Origin: Psammoneis japonica
Taxonomy: Eukaryota
Assembly: GCA_008632985.1 (NCBI GenBank)
Contig: QPGO01000099.1
Location: 1-64,000 of the forward strand
Reading direction: 5' to 3'
DNA length: 64,000 nt
Below, piece after piece: positions 1-13,309 of the stretch. The position numbers were made by a program, and so were the translations under genes. The notes below the pieces were generated by a model. The model was not told the DNA's origin. It ran no database searches and worked only from the letters and a program-made list of their open reading frames with translations. The first letter of the stretch is position 1. Each line of letters starts with the position of its first letter.

Positions 1-179
1 TGGTGTGTGTGCCCCTCACCATTCCTTTAGCATCGGCACCAATGCCTCAATCCGAGAAAAAAGCAACACTGTGATGCTGCCAAAAATCCGAGAAAAAAGT
101 GACACTGTGATGCCACCATGGCACAATGGTGTGCTCTCAATGAATTCTTGGTGTGCGCACCCTCACCATTCCTTTGGCA

Positions 180-500
180 TCGGCCAGCCACAGCACTCAA
201 AATTTTTGCACAAATGACACACAGAGATTGTGTTTCCATGTCTGCACATGCAATCTTGATTGTTGATTTAAAAGAGTCATTTTTGCCAAAAAATTGGTGA
301 CAGTTTCAACAAAAAAACTCTGAATTGACGGGAGGCAGAAAATGCCTGAGACGCTGTCGCAATGGACGCCACAAGGACTGCCAAAGCTTGGCATGTCAGG
401 GCCAGCAGCATGAGACAAGAGCCGGGCTCAGTCTCTTTAGGAGGCTTTAAATGCCTGCATGAAGAACTTTGCTTCTCTCTCAGGGATGTTTCACCACGGC
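180..500. repeat. Dispersed repeat module (TpA-depleted), one of several copies
   Basis: The block 'gattgttgatttaaaagagtcatttttgcc...aatgcctgagacgctgtcgcaatggac' recurs at ~4180-4380 (direct), ~6095-6400 (inverted) and ~27441-27534 (partial). Confidence 0.8.
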
Positions 501-596
501 ATCCAGCAACGAAGAAATTGGATGGGGCGCCCCACCGACCCGCCGACCCACCGACCCACCAACCCGCTGACCCGCCGACCCACCGACCCACCGACC
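500..596. repeat. CCGA/CCCA/CCAA low-complexity array with conserved anchor 'catccagcaaYgaagaaattggatggggcgcccc'
   Basis: The same anchor and/or a 4/8-bp degenerate array recurs at ~2690-2925, 5400-5480, 5960-6090, 6460-6810, 9345-9465, 10340-10560, 11080-11275, 22445-22625, 23130-23360, 24235-24355 and 28485-28620. Several N-gaps abut these arrays. Confidence 0.8.
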
Positions 597-2943
597 NNNN
601 NNNNNNNNNNNNNNNNNNNNNNNNNNNNNNNNNNNNNNNNNNNNNNNNNNNNNNNNNNNNNNNNNNNNNNNNNNNNNNNNNNNNNNNNNNNNNNNNNNNN
701 NNNNNNNNNNNNNNNNNNNNNNNNNNNNNNNNNNNNNNNNNNNNNNNNNNNNNNNNNNNNNNNNNNNNNNNNNNNNNNNNNNNNNNNNNNNNNNNNNCAC
801 GACGCTCGCGGAGCGGCCACCGCTGCGTAGAAATGGCATTTTGTACTGTGACGTCATCTTGCACGTAGATTCTACGGCAGTGCTGAAAAGCCGCTCCTTC
901 CTTCTTTTTTTTGGGCCGCAATTCAGATCTGCCTCCCACAATTCCCAGTACAAAAAATGCGTAAAAGTTACGGAACGAAAATGGTGAGTCGCCGTTCATC
1001 GGTAAGAACGTTACTGCTTGCGTTCTTGGGTCAACATTCGCAATGTTTCGATTGTATCTCATCATTTACTTACACGTCTATCGTTCTATGTAAAAACATT
1101 GCGAATCTTGGTACTTACAGAGCGAAAAAAGACTTCATACTGCCGCCCACTTTTTCACCCGTTGTCGCTGCTTCCGACAACTTCAGGCGACGTTCTCGAG
1201 GTCCAACATTGAAGGTGGGGCGTATGATAACGTTCATTCGTCGACATTTATGATTGAGATGAAGGAGAAAATATCCTGACTGTTGTGGGAGGTGATGCTG
1301 AGCTGAAAACAAGAGCTCATCCAAAAGTGCATCCGTCGCCTTGTCCCTGTCGCAACCGCCTGATCGACTCACAATGTCAAGAAATTCTCGAGGATCCGTT
1401 GTTCAACAATTATATAGCACCTTTAGGAAATGAAGGAACCGACTTTGGGCAAGGAAAGGAAACAACAGATCATTTCAAGGACACAAGGACCCGTAGGCTG
1501 GTGGACCCACAATTCTGCGAATACGCCACCGGAGACAATTCGCAAGGTAGGAGACGACTCCTTGTTGTAAATAGCAATTAAAAGCATTAGTAAATGCTAA
1601 TTTATCATATCACGCATGAAAAATCTATTCTTGTCATTGCACTAATGATTTCTAGCGCTTGGAGCCTTTAAGAGAGAACTACTTGCGCTCACCAAGATAC
1701 GGATCAAACCCACTTTGGGTTCTTCAATGGCACTTGTTGTGTATGTTGATTCTTGCCATTGCTCACATTCAATGTCCTTCTATATATTAGATGCTTCCTG
1801 GACTATTGTAAAGCCTTCAATCTATATTATTAACAATCTATGCATCCTTCCGTGTAAGCAAATAATGAAAATGGGTGTCCCTCAGAAGGGTTCCGGCCTG
1901 CTGTCGTCATTTACCTGTCACTGGTAGTATTTTCTACAGTCTGAACCCGATCATAAGAAGCATTGTCCGCATAAAAAGCCTCTTTCAAGTCAACATGAGC
2001 AATTTAAGCCGTGCTCCGAGTCGATTTGGTTGGAGCTGGTGTGTTCAAAGGATCCGAGGTCCAACTGCTTGCGGCTCCTTCAGGAACTCGCATAAATTTT
2101 TGACACCTGATAACTATCCAGACTCGTCTCATACAGTCATAGAGGGTGGCGTTTGAGCCATTGATTGAAACTTTTGGAACGATTAACGTAGACATTGAGT
2201 CGATTGATTGTCGCAAATGATCTTGACAAGCAAGGATTGCCGCGCTTGCTTTTGTTTTTGAACCGGAAACACTGCCAAAGAAAGAGCTTGTGCTTTTCTA
2301 TGTCATCTTTATCGAATATATCGTCCAAGTCATGGGCACCTGCATAATACATTCCACTTTAGACCTTCAAACCATTTGCTGTCGTGTCGGATGGAGAAGA
2401 AACAAAGAAATTGAGTGAAAAGTTCAGATGACGATTAAAGGCATCAAATGAAGATGCCTTGCTTTAGTACCCTTACCTTACGATCATAATGAGGTTTTAA
2501 CATAATATCCAGGTGTTTCTTACACTTGGTGTTAAAGATTGCCGCCGCCGCAACCGATCCCATTGTCGACTTGAGTTGCATCGCGTGCGTGTCTGCGTTT
2601 TGGATGAAGAAACATTGATTTTATGGGTTATGAGCGTTTTGTCGATAATCACAGCGATGGCCGCGCGGACGTGGCCCAAAAGCGTCGTGATCCAGCAATG
2701 AAGAAATTGGATGGGGGAGCCCCGCTGACCTGCCGACTTGCCGACCCACCAACCTGCCGACCCACCAACCCACCGACCCACCGACCNNNNNNNNNNNNNN
2801 NNNNNNNNNNNNNNNNNNCCGACCCACCGACCCGCCGACCTGCCAACCAACTGACCCGCTGACCTGCGGACCCGCTAACCCACTGACCCGCCGACCCACC
2901 AAAACCCAACCCCACAAACCCCAAGCACAATGAACTCCAATCA

Positions 2944-3030
2944 GATGCGCTCTAGCTCCAGGTGGGACCTCGCACTGCTGAACTGTGACATCAACAGTTT
3001 TTTGGATCACGCCGTGTGTCGCGCACGCAG
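2944..3030 (-). mobile_element. MITE family, partial copy (right end), TpA-converted
   Basis: Matches the reverse complement of 39900-39986, e.g. ctcgTAcTActgaac -> ctcgCAcTGctgaac. Confidence 0.8.
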
Positions 3031-5501
3031 ATGGGGAATTGCCAATGCATTGTTTTTTGTCGCAAGCGCCAGTGGATTGTCCCGTGTGAGAGTGTGGTGG
3101 TGTGCCTGCCTCCTCGGGCACTTTGGGATGTCAGGCAGTTGTGCCAATGACAGAGAAACCAAACGGCATCAGAGGGGATGCTGTGTTGCATCTGCATTCG
3201 GGGGAGCGGCGCCGCCATGGTGTCGCATCTCTTTGCATTTTCTTTCCCGATGTCAGCATGTTTTCTGCGTTAAATTCTACGCGATTCAGCAATTTTCCAA
3301 GTCAGTTCTTTCAGCACAAATTCCATGCACAATTCCACGCGTTTGGCCAGAATTTTGTCAGGTTCATGCTCTTTTGTTCTTCTCACCAACGTGCTTCCTT
3401 TGAGTTTTCTTTCCAATGCACTGCAATTCATGATGGATGTTCTGCGGTGTTCCAAAGTGGGTCGCCACAAGTCTTCCAGCTGGTCAGCATTTCCAAGTCT
3501 CGATATTGCTCCTCTTGCTCTTCGACACTGCAGCTTCAGCACACAATTTCTGTGCAATTCTGCGCATGACAGAAATTTCATCCGACAACTCCGATCATCA
3601 TTGCCTTTCCTTCGTTGGGGTCTGTGTTGGACTTTCTTGGGTGTTTTTCATCCCAGGAATTTCTCTCACATTCGCTTCAAGCACATCATCTTCGGAGATG
3701 GACACGTGTTTGGTTTTCTGCAGTGTTCATTTTGGTGTCTAACAAGTGGTGTGGCTGGGCTTGTCCATTCTTCGAGGCACAGCAACTGTGGTTGCCGTGT
3801 GACAAGCATCCGGTCAGTTGCTGTTCTGACTTAAAACAAACAGCCTCTTCATTGCCTTCGGACAATGTGTTGATGGCATTGTCTTTCTGACAATGTTTGA
3901 CAACAGCTCTTCAATTGTCCCTGCCGCCCTTTGTGGGTGCTGGGGAACGTGGGTCCACTGTGGTCGGTGTTGGTGTGGGCGGTGGCGAGGCAGCGGCAAA
4001 ATGGATTTCTAGTTTTGTTTGTTCATGTGTTGAGCACACATGTGACGAAGGGCAATTTGTGGCAATTCCCTGGGAACTCACTCTTTCCTTAGAAAAACAG
4101 GGCAAAAGGTGGCAATCCCGGGGAATTTTGTTCAAAAACACAGGCAAAACCAAACTAAGATGTCTGCACACGAAATCATGATTGTTGATTTAAAAGAGTC
4201 ATTTTTGCCAAGAAATTGGCGACAGTTTCAACAAAAAACTCTGAATTGACGGGAGGCAGAAAATGCCTGAGACGCTGTCGCAATGGACCACACAAGGACC
4301 GCCAAAGCTTGGCATGTCAGGACCGGCAGCATGAGCCAAGAGCCGGGCTCAATCTCTTTAAGAGGCTTTAAATGCCCGCATTTGTCATTTGTGCAAAAAT
4401 TTTGAGTGCTGTGGCTGTCACTTGATTGGAGTTGATTGTGCTTGGGGTTTGTGACAAAATCTGTTGAATGGACAGCCCGGTTTGAAATCCTTTTGAAAAG
4501 TTCCTTGGACAAATGAGTGCAGGAAGAACCAGTGGATCTTGCTGTGAAAATTCTCGCACAATTCTGCAATGCGTGAGAACCCAATGGTGCGCCGCATGGC
4601 TTGCATTTGTGACAAAGAACAAGTCCAACAATCTGTCAACACACCAGTTTTCTGAACGCAGTCTGTCAAGCTTCTGCTCATTTTACATTTTGTGCTGTCA
4701 ATCACAATGTTGTTCACCAGTTTGACTGGTGTCATCATTGTTTGACAAAAGCCGTCATAAATGGGATGCAAGCGCTCCATGGCGTGTTGCCTGTTTTTGT
4801 TGCATTGCTCAATTGATGATGATTTGCACATCTGATGTGTGGTTCCACACTTGCTGGCATGCAGAACACGCACAAATGCATGAGAGGGGAAGCATGGGGA
4901 ATTGCCAATGCATTGTTTTTTATTCGTGTGTTGAGCACACATGTGACGAAGGGCAACTTGTGGCAATTCCCTGGGAACTCACCCTTTCCTTAGAAAAACA
5001 GGGTAGAAGGTGGCAATCCCATGGAATTTTGTTCAAAAACATGGCAAAACCAAACTAAGATGCGCTCCATGTTCTTGAAGACTTTTGTTCTGCACTTGAC
5101 CTTCATTGAGGTGGATTTGGCTTGAAGTGTGCAGGAGATCACATGTCAATGTGTTGGCCAAACAGTGCATTCCGGAATTTCCCAAGTGTTTCCACCATGG
5201 ACAGAAGCTCTTTTTCCATTGTGACGTGAACGCCAAAAATCAGGCATGATGGTGGTGCAGTTTTTGACATGATGCATTCCATGTTTTTGGAGACTTTTGT
5301 TCCGCACTTGACCTTCATTGAGGTGGATTTGGCTTGAAGTGTGCAGGAGATCATTGAGGCTGCATGTCTTGACATCAGTGACGTGTGTTGAGACAAGATC
5401 GGCGGGTCGGCAGGTCAGCAGGTTGGTGGGTCGGCAGGTCAGTGGGGTGCCCCATCCAATTTCTTCATTGCTGGATGCCGTGGCGATGCATTGCTGTGGC
5501 T

Positions 5502-5958
5502 GACGGGTTCCAGTCCTGGGCGGGACTTTTTGTGACATTGGGCCCACAGAATTCTGCGTGCGAGCTCCGTGTTGCGAGAATCTGATCAATGGACATTGCA
5601 ATTGTGGCCATTGCCGCTTGACATTTTTGGCAATCCACCTGCCCTGCGCCATTCTCAAGACATTTGCAAATCCAATCAATGGACATTGTGTCTTCAACAT
5701 CAAACAAACAACCAAGTTTGTGGCACAATTGTGGCCATTGCCGCTTGACATTTTTGGCAATCTGCCTGCCCTGCGCCATTCTCAAGACATTTGCAAATGG
5801 CGCAGAAGCAAAAAATGTCAAAAGTTGTTGGATGGATCGCTCAACAAGTGTGCCACAAAATGACACAAAATTTCAGAAAAGTCACGCACCTTTCTACGTG
5901 TGCGACATGCGGTGCAAACCAAAAAACTGTCACGTCACAGTTCAGCAGCACAAGGTCC
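5502..5958 (+). mobile_element. MITE family, degenerate copy with internal duplication
   Basis: Begins gacgggttccagtcct and is colinear with 39597-39965. About 1 TA remains. Confidence 0.8.
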
Positions 5959-8900
5959 AACCTGCTGACCCACCAACCCACCGACCCGCCGACCCACCGA
6001 CCCACCAACCCACTGACTTGCCGACCCACCAACTCGGGGGTCGGCGGGTCGGTGGGGCGCCCCATCCAATTTCTTCATTGCTGGATGCCATGGCGAAACA
6101 TCCCTGAGAGAGAAGCAAAGTTCTTGATGTGGGCATTAAAAGCCTTTTAAAGAGACTGAGCCCGGCTCTCAGCTCATGCTGCCGGTCCTGACATGCCAAG
6201 CTTTGGCGGTCCTTTTGGTGTCCATTGCAACAGCATCTCAGGAATTTTCTGCCTCCCGTCAATTCAGAGTTTTTTGTTGAAACTGTCACCAATTGTTTGG
6301 CAAAAATGACTCTTTTAAATCAACAATCAAGATTGCATGTGCAGACATGGAAACACAATCTCTGTGTGTCATTTGTGCAACAATTTTGAGTGCTGTGGCT
6401 GTCACTTGATTGGAGTTAATTGTGCTTGGGGTTTGTGGGTTGGGGTTGGGGTTGGGGTTTGATGGGTCAGTGGGTCAGCGGGTTAGCAGGTCAGTGGGTC
6501 AGTTGTTCGGCGGGTCGGCGGGTCGGCAGGTCGGCGGGTCGGCAGGTCGGTGAGTCGGCGGGTCGGTGGGTCGGCGGGTCAACAGGTCGGCGGGGCACCC
6601 CATCCAATTTCTTCATTGCGGGATGCCGTGGCGATGCATTGCTGTGGCTGTCACTTGACTGGAGTTAATTGTGCTTGGGGTTTGTGGGGTTGGGGTTGGG
6701 GTTTGGTGGGTCAGCGGGTTGCTGTGGCTGTCACTTGATTTGAGTCAATTTTGCTTGGGGTTTGTGGGGTCGGCGGGGCGCCCCATCCAATTTCTTCATT
6801 GCTGGATGCCNNNNNNNNNNNNNNNNNNNNNNNNNNNNNNNNNNNNNNNNNNNNNNNNNNNNNNNNNNNNNNNNNNNNNNNNNNNNNNNNNNNNNNNNNN
6901 NNNNNNNNNNNNNNNNNNNNNNNNNNNNNNNNNNNNNNNNNNNNNNNNNNNNNNNNNNNNNNNNNNNNNNNNNNNNNNNNNNNNNNNNNNNNNNNNNNNN
7001 NNNNNNNNNNNNNNNNNNNNNNNNNNNNNNNNNNNNNNNNNNNNNNNNNNNNNNNNNNNNNNNNNNNNNNNNNNNNNNNNNNNNNNNNNNNNNNNNNNNN
7101 NNNNNNNNNNNNNNNNNNNNNNNNNNNNNNNNNNNNNNNNNNNNNNNNNNNNNNNNNNNNNNNNNNNNNNNNNNNNNNNNNNNNNNNNNNNNNNNNNNNN
7201 NNNNNTTCTGTCCATGGTGGAAACACTTGGGAAATTCCGGGGTGCACTGTTTGGCCAACACATTGACATGTGCGCGGTTCACAAGACACAACAAACACAG
7301 TCATGGGTGGGCAAATTGATGCAGCACACAACCAGGGCATGGTGAACGTTGTTGCAGAAGCATTCAGCCAACTTGCTGTGAAGAAAATTGAGCCTTTTGA
7401 AACCCTGCAACAATGTCCTGCCTTTAAAACAAGACAATGACATTTCCTCCAAATTGCCAGACGCAACACATCTTGCCAAAACTTTTTGTGGAGGCAAGCA
7501 AGATCAAAAAGTGATCATGTCACAAGGACAAAATTGTCTTGTCTGAAGACCCTTTGAAAAAATTGGTGACAGATTGGCGCACAATGCGCGCCCACTTCAC
7601 ACTGGAAAAAAGACAGTCTTGCAACACCCGTGCAGCTGCAGTGCAAAATGTGCAAGGCAAGACACAAACAAACAATGTCACTCTCAAAAGACATTTGGAA
7701 ATTGGAGCAGCCCTGTGTGGCCCACACAAAACAACAACAGTCATTGCCGGCGGCACAATGCAGCCAAATGTGGAGACAACATTGATGCTGTCAATGTCTG
7801 TTGAACAACTCAACTTGACAAATGACTCCAATGTTCAATTGGGGAGGCAATTGACAGACAATGTTGCCATTTCATGCATCAATGCCAGTGGTGTTTGGAC
7901 TGTCTGTTGTCATGACCACATTCTCCAAAAGGCCTTTTGTCTGCGGAAGCAATGCAGAAGCTTCAGGCCATTGAGGGCTCATTCCGGGAAACAAAAAATC
8001 ACAGAGCAAAATTTAATCTCACATTTTCCACTTTTTGCAATTTGTTTTGCTTTTCTTTGTGCTCATTCTTTGAGCACAGTGCGCCAGAGCAGATGTTTGA
8101 AAGGTTCCTTTGCACTGAGCAATGTTTTGACGTGTCCCAGAGAAAGAGATGGGTGTTGAGCTCAGGATGCCTTGCAAAGTGCAATGTGTTTTTGCCAAGG
8201 CCTGCAAAACACCAAAAACCAGTTGGGGGAGGCCATTTTGTGAAAGAGTGCGTCCAGGACAGTGAAAACAAGTTTTGGTTTTTTCCCACCTTTTTTGAAG
8301 GAGAAAGGGTGACTTTGCAGTGNNNNNNNNNNNNNNNNNNNNNNNNNNNNNNNNNNNNNNNNNNNNNNNNNNNNNNNNNNNNNNNNNNNNNNNNNNNNNN
8401 NNNNNNNNNNNNNNNNNNNNNNNNNNNNNNNNNNNNNNNNNNNNNNNNNNNNNNNNNNNNNNNNNNNNNNNNNNNNNNNNNNNNNNNNNNNNNNNNNNNN
8501 NNNNNNNNNNNNNNNNNNNNNNNNNNNNNNNNNNNNNNNNNNNNNNNNNNNNNNNNNNNNNNNNNNNNNNNNNNNNNNNNNNNNNNNNNNNNNNNNNNNN
8601 NNNNNNNNNNNNNNNNNNNNNNNNNNNNNNNNNNNNNNNNNNNNNNNNNNNNNNNNNNNNNNNNNNNNNNNNNNNNNNNNNNNNNNNNNNNNNNNNNNNN
8701 NNNNNNNNNNNNNNNCAGAAATGAAGCTGGCTGGCACAGATGAAGACCACAGCAAGGCAAAAAGGACACTTCAGAGAGGATCTGACAAGTGCAAAACAAA
8801 AGAAGAGCAGCCGTTGGCTTCAAGGGTGGCATTGTTTTGCAAATGCAATCGACGGACAATGCTGGCATCTCGCGCATCAATGCCAATGCACTTGGACTGT

Positions 8901-9517
8901 CTGTTGTCACGACCATGTTCCCTTGTGAGCCTTTTGACTGTGGAAGCAGCGCAGAAGCTTCAGGCCACTGAGAACTCATTCAGAGAAACCAAAAATCAAA
9001 GAGCAAATTTCAATCTTGTGATTTAAAATTGTGGTGCTTTGCTCTGCTTTTGTTTGCACTTGTTCTTTGAGCACAGTGCATTGCACACACACACCACAGA
9101 AGGTGAAATGGTGCTGAACTTGTTGGTGCCATTGGGTCTTGTCATTCAGTGCACAACATGCGTGGTCACAGCCACAACTTGTGGCAGCAACTGTGTTCTT
9201 CCCAGGACCAGCTGGCGACAAATTGACTGTCACAGCAGAGTTTGCGTTCAGTGCTGTGAAAGCTGTTGTTGGCAAGCAAGCTGTGGCTCAAGAAGGCCTT
9301 GAGGGAATGGAGCAAAGAGGCAGAACACACGGTCAGTCATTCAGTTGGCAGGTTGGCGGGTTGGCTGGTCGGCTGGTTGGCTGGTCGGCTGGTTGGCTGG
9401 TTGGTTGGTTGGTTGGTCGGTGGGTTGGTTGGTTGGTTGGTTGGTTGGTTGGTCAGTTGGTTGGCGATGAAGGTTCAGCCACTTTGATCACTTCCAAGGC
9501 TCAAAAAAGGTTCAGAG

Positions 9518-9884
9518 GATGCGCTCTGCTCTGGACGGGACCTTGCACTGCTGAACTGTGACATCAACATTTTTTTGGATGATTGTGCTGTGTGTTGTGC
9601 ACATGCATTTCCATGTGACTTTGGTGGAATTGTGCATCATTTTGTGGTGAAATTGCTGGGTGATCCATTCAACAGTTTTTGGCATTTTTTTCTTCTGCGT
9701 CATTTGCAAATGCATTGAGAATGGCGCAGGGCAGGCAGATTGCCAAAAAACTTTGAGTGTGGACAGCCACAAATGCACTTGAAGATGAAAATGTCCATCA
9801 ATGAAATTCTTGCACTGCAGAGCTCGCACATGGAATTCTGCGGGCCGAGTGTCACAAAACATCCCACCAGGACTGGAACCCGTC
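9518..9884 (-). mobile_element. MITE family, degenerate full-length copy (left arm)
   Basis: Both termini are recognisable. Mirror of 23815-24182. Confidence 0.75.
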
Positions 9885-12800
9885 ACTGACAAGGACAATC
9901 AGGGCATGGGATGGAAGGGACTTCAGCGCTGACCCACCGACCGACGCATTCCAGACGCAGGTTGGAATCCGTGTGACATTGGGCCTGTAGAATTCTGCGT
10001 GCGAGCTCCGCAGTAAAATCATTGGGTGATGAAAATGTCAATGATCGCCAACAGAAAATGAGGCAGTTTTGCGAACGCACAAACTCGTCCATGATTGAAG
10101 AACATCATTCATTGCTTGGCTGGGCACATTCTTCAGACATTGAAGAATGCAACTGGTGCATTGTTGTTTTTATAAATTTGTCATGTAAAACGTCTGGGGC
10201 TTTGCAAAACAGCGAGTCTGGACAATTTTTTTGAAATGTCACACGCAGAAATGCACGCGCGAAACATGCGACGGATGACAAAAATTGTTTGTGTCACACG
10301 TCAGTGCTGCGAGCTCCCACCTGGGGCTGCAATGCGTGACCCACTGACCCGCCGACCCACCGACCGCCGACCTTCTGACCTGCCGACCCGCCAACCCACC
10401 AACCTGCCAGCCCGCCGACCCACCGACACGCCAACCAAGCAACCAACCCACCAACCAGCCAGCCAGCCAACCAACCAACCAACCAACCAACCAACCAGCC
10501 AACCAACCAACCAACCAAGAGACATGACTCATTGTCCAGCAATGAAGAAATGAGATGGGGCTCAGCAATTGCCCCATGAAGAATGTCAGTGAACTCTTCG
10601 ACACCAACATTTTCCAGCTGAGTGCCAATCACATTGAAAATGTGGCGCTGTGAATGGAGTCAACAACAGGACCAGCGGCCCTTGGATCACATTGTTGCTC
10701 CATTGAATCCAATCAAGTGACAGCCACAGCAATGCATCCAAACCAAAATGATGCAACCCACTCAATCTTCTTCTTGACAGGTTTGAAATCCTTTTGAAAA
10801 GTTCCTTGGACAAATGAGTGTGGGAAGAACCAGTGGATCTCACCGTGAAAATTCTGATGCAATTCTACAATGCGTGAGAACCCTCTCCCATCACAGGCTT
10901 TGGCAGCATCCATTTGAAAGAAAATTTTCCAATTGCAAAAGATTGAAGTCCAAAACATTGGAATTTGTGTGAATCCATGCTTTTGGTGGTGAAAAACCGT
11001 TCGTAAGTCAGAGACCGCGCAAAAATCTCTCAAATGTCGTTTTTGTGCACAATTTGGGTCATGTGCGGCTGGAACACGTCAGTGGGTTGGTCATTCAGTG
11101 GGTTGGCGGGTTGGTGGGTCAGTTGGTTGGCAGGTTGGCGGGGCGGCGGGTCGGCGGGTCGGCAGGTTGGCAGGTCGGCGGGTTGGCGGGTCGGCAGCTG
11201 GGCAGGTCGGTGGGTCGGTGGGCAACCAACAAGCCGACCAGCCAACCAACCAACCAACCAGCCAACCCGCCAACTGAATGACTGGCTTGCTGGCTGAATG
11301 TGAGACATTGCATTTTGTTTCCAGCTGCAATGTTCTCTCAAGGCAAGCCCAAATTGACCGTGTGTTCTGTCTCTTTGCTCCGTTCCCTTGAGGCCTTCTT
11401 GAGCTTCAGCTCACCTGCCAACAACAGCTTTCACAGCACTGGACGCAAACTCAGCTGTGAAAGTCAATTTGTCACCAGCTGGCCCTGGGAAGACCACAGT
11501 TGTTGCAGCAAGTTGTGGCTGTGATCACGCATGTTGTGCACTGAATGACAAAACCCAATGGCAACCAACAAGTTCAGCACCATTTCACCTTCTGTGGTGT
11601 GTGTGCACAATGCAATGTGCTCATTTTTGGCAAAAACACATTGCACTTTGCAAGGCATCCTGAACTCAACATCAATCTGTTTCTCTGGGGTGCATCAAAA
11701 CATCACTCAGTGCAAAGGAACCTTTCAAACACCTGCTGTGGTGCACTTTGCTCAAAGAACAAGCGCAAAGGAAACCAGAGCAAAGTGCAAAAAGTGGAAA
11801 ATGTGAGAACAAACATTGGAGTCATTTGTCAAGTTGAGTTGTTCAACAGACATTGACAGCATCAATGTTGTCTCCTCGTTGACTGCATTGTGCCGCTGGC
11901 AATGACTGTTGTTGTTTTGTGTGGGCCACACAGGGCCGCTCCAATTTCCAAATGTCTTTTGAGAGCGACATTGCTTGTTTGTGTCTTGCCTTGCAGATTT
12001 TACACTGCAACTGCGCGGGTGTTGCAAGACTTTCTTTTTTTTCAGTGTGAAGTGGGCACGCATTGTGCCAATCTGTCACCAATTTTTCAAAGTGTCTTCA
12101 GACAAGACAATTTTGTCCTTGTGACATGAGCACTTTTTGATCTTGCTCGTCTCCACGAAAAGTGTTGGCAAGATGTGTTGCATCTGGCAATTTGCAGGAA
12201 ATGTCATTGTCTTGTTTCAACTCTTTGTTTGCCACAGCGACATGCGCGAATTTTTTTTTGCGTGCGTTGAAACGGGGCCACCATCAACAACACAACAAAT
12301 GGAACGTCGCGGTTCCGAGTCATTGCAACAGACAGCACCCCAATGCCATGCGGGGTGATCGTCAACATGGCAAGTTGTGTTCTGACAGCTTGGTTTGGTT
12401 TGTTGTTGCCTTGGCGTTGTTTTTTCACGTCGCATCTTACCTGCTGTCGCATCGGCATTTCTTGCATCACGACAGGCACGACCGACCGACATTGACAGAA
12501 ATGGTGTTGTTGTTTTTGGCATCCTGCTGGCAGAATCTGGTGGAACAGCAAACAAATCGGCAAGAATGTGACACAGTGCTGTTGTTCTGTTGCATCAGAG
12601 TGTCCTTTTTCCCATTCGACATTCCCTCAGCTTGCCCTTGCTCTTTTTGCTGCTGTTTTTTTCCTTTTCAGTGCGAGACAACCGTCTTTTGCGGTGTTGG
12701 CAACATGAGCGTCGGCAATGTCATGGACACAATGGACATCTCCATGCTTGCGTTCAGCTCCGATGATTTGTCCATGGAGGACGCTGATTTGGAGTCCGGC

Positions 12801-12904
12801 ATTGCTCCCTTGGCCTCTGACCTGCTGAACCACCTGATGACGTGCCGGTGCCAGCTCGGAGAGTGCCTGGTCAAACAAATTCTGTGGCCCATGATGGTTG
12901 GATT

Positions 12905-13309
12905 GCAGGACGATGTGTGCTTTTTCATGTTGATGTGGAGCATGGAGGGAAGAAGTGTGGCACGCTGCAGCTCTCAGCTGTTGCAGCAGATCCAAATGAC
13001 AAGTCTGCACTCGGCAAATTTGACGAGCACATCAAGCCTCCAGAAGGAACCAAGTGGACCAACGAGATGGAGAGGGCCTCCCAGGAGTCGCACAAACTCA
13101 AGCTCACTGATCCCCGCATGGCCAATGCTGACAAAATGGAATTGGTTTGGCCAAGATTTTGCAAGTTTGTAGAAGACAAGTTGGATGTGGGCTCCAAGGT
13201 TGGGATTCTGGCGGCATGGGGAGGCAAGGGAGGTGATTGCGAGTGCATGTTTTGTCTTGCTGAAGACACCCATCGCAAAACCTTGTCTGTGCTGCAAGGG
13301 CTGAAGCAC
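12905..13309 (+). pseudogene. Truncated DEDDh-type 3'-5' exonuclease domain (probably from a DNA transposon ORF), cut by the Copia junction
   Basis: Translation FHVDVEHGGKKCGTLQLSAV...FDEHIKPP...VWPRF...ILAAWGGKGGD resembles the ExoI (D-x-E) and ExoII motifs. It ends abruptly at 13309. Confidence 0.55.

Larger units (their letters stand above)
7206..13309. repeat. Left arm of a large inverted duplication (partner 19964-26353)
   Basis: Colinear reverse-complement match to 19964-26353 throughout, apart from the N-gap and indels. The outer limit is hidden by the gap at 6811-7205. Confidence 0.9.

Noticed and set aside
957..2352. Short ORFs in the TA-normal island
   Set aside because: No recognisable domain or consistent exon chain, so I cannot support a gene call.
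3240..3800. Protein-like relic on the minus strand
   Set aside because: Too degraded to assign to a family by eye.
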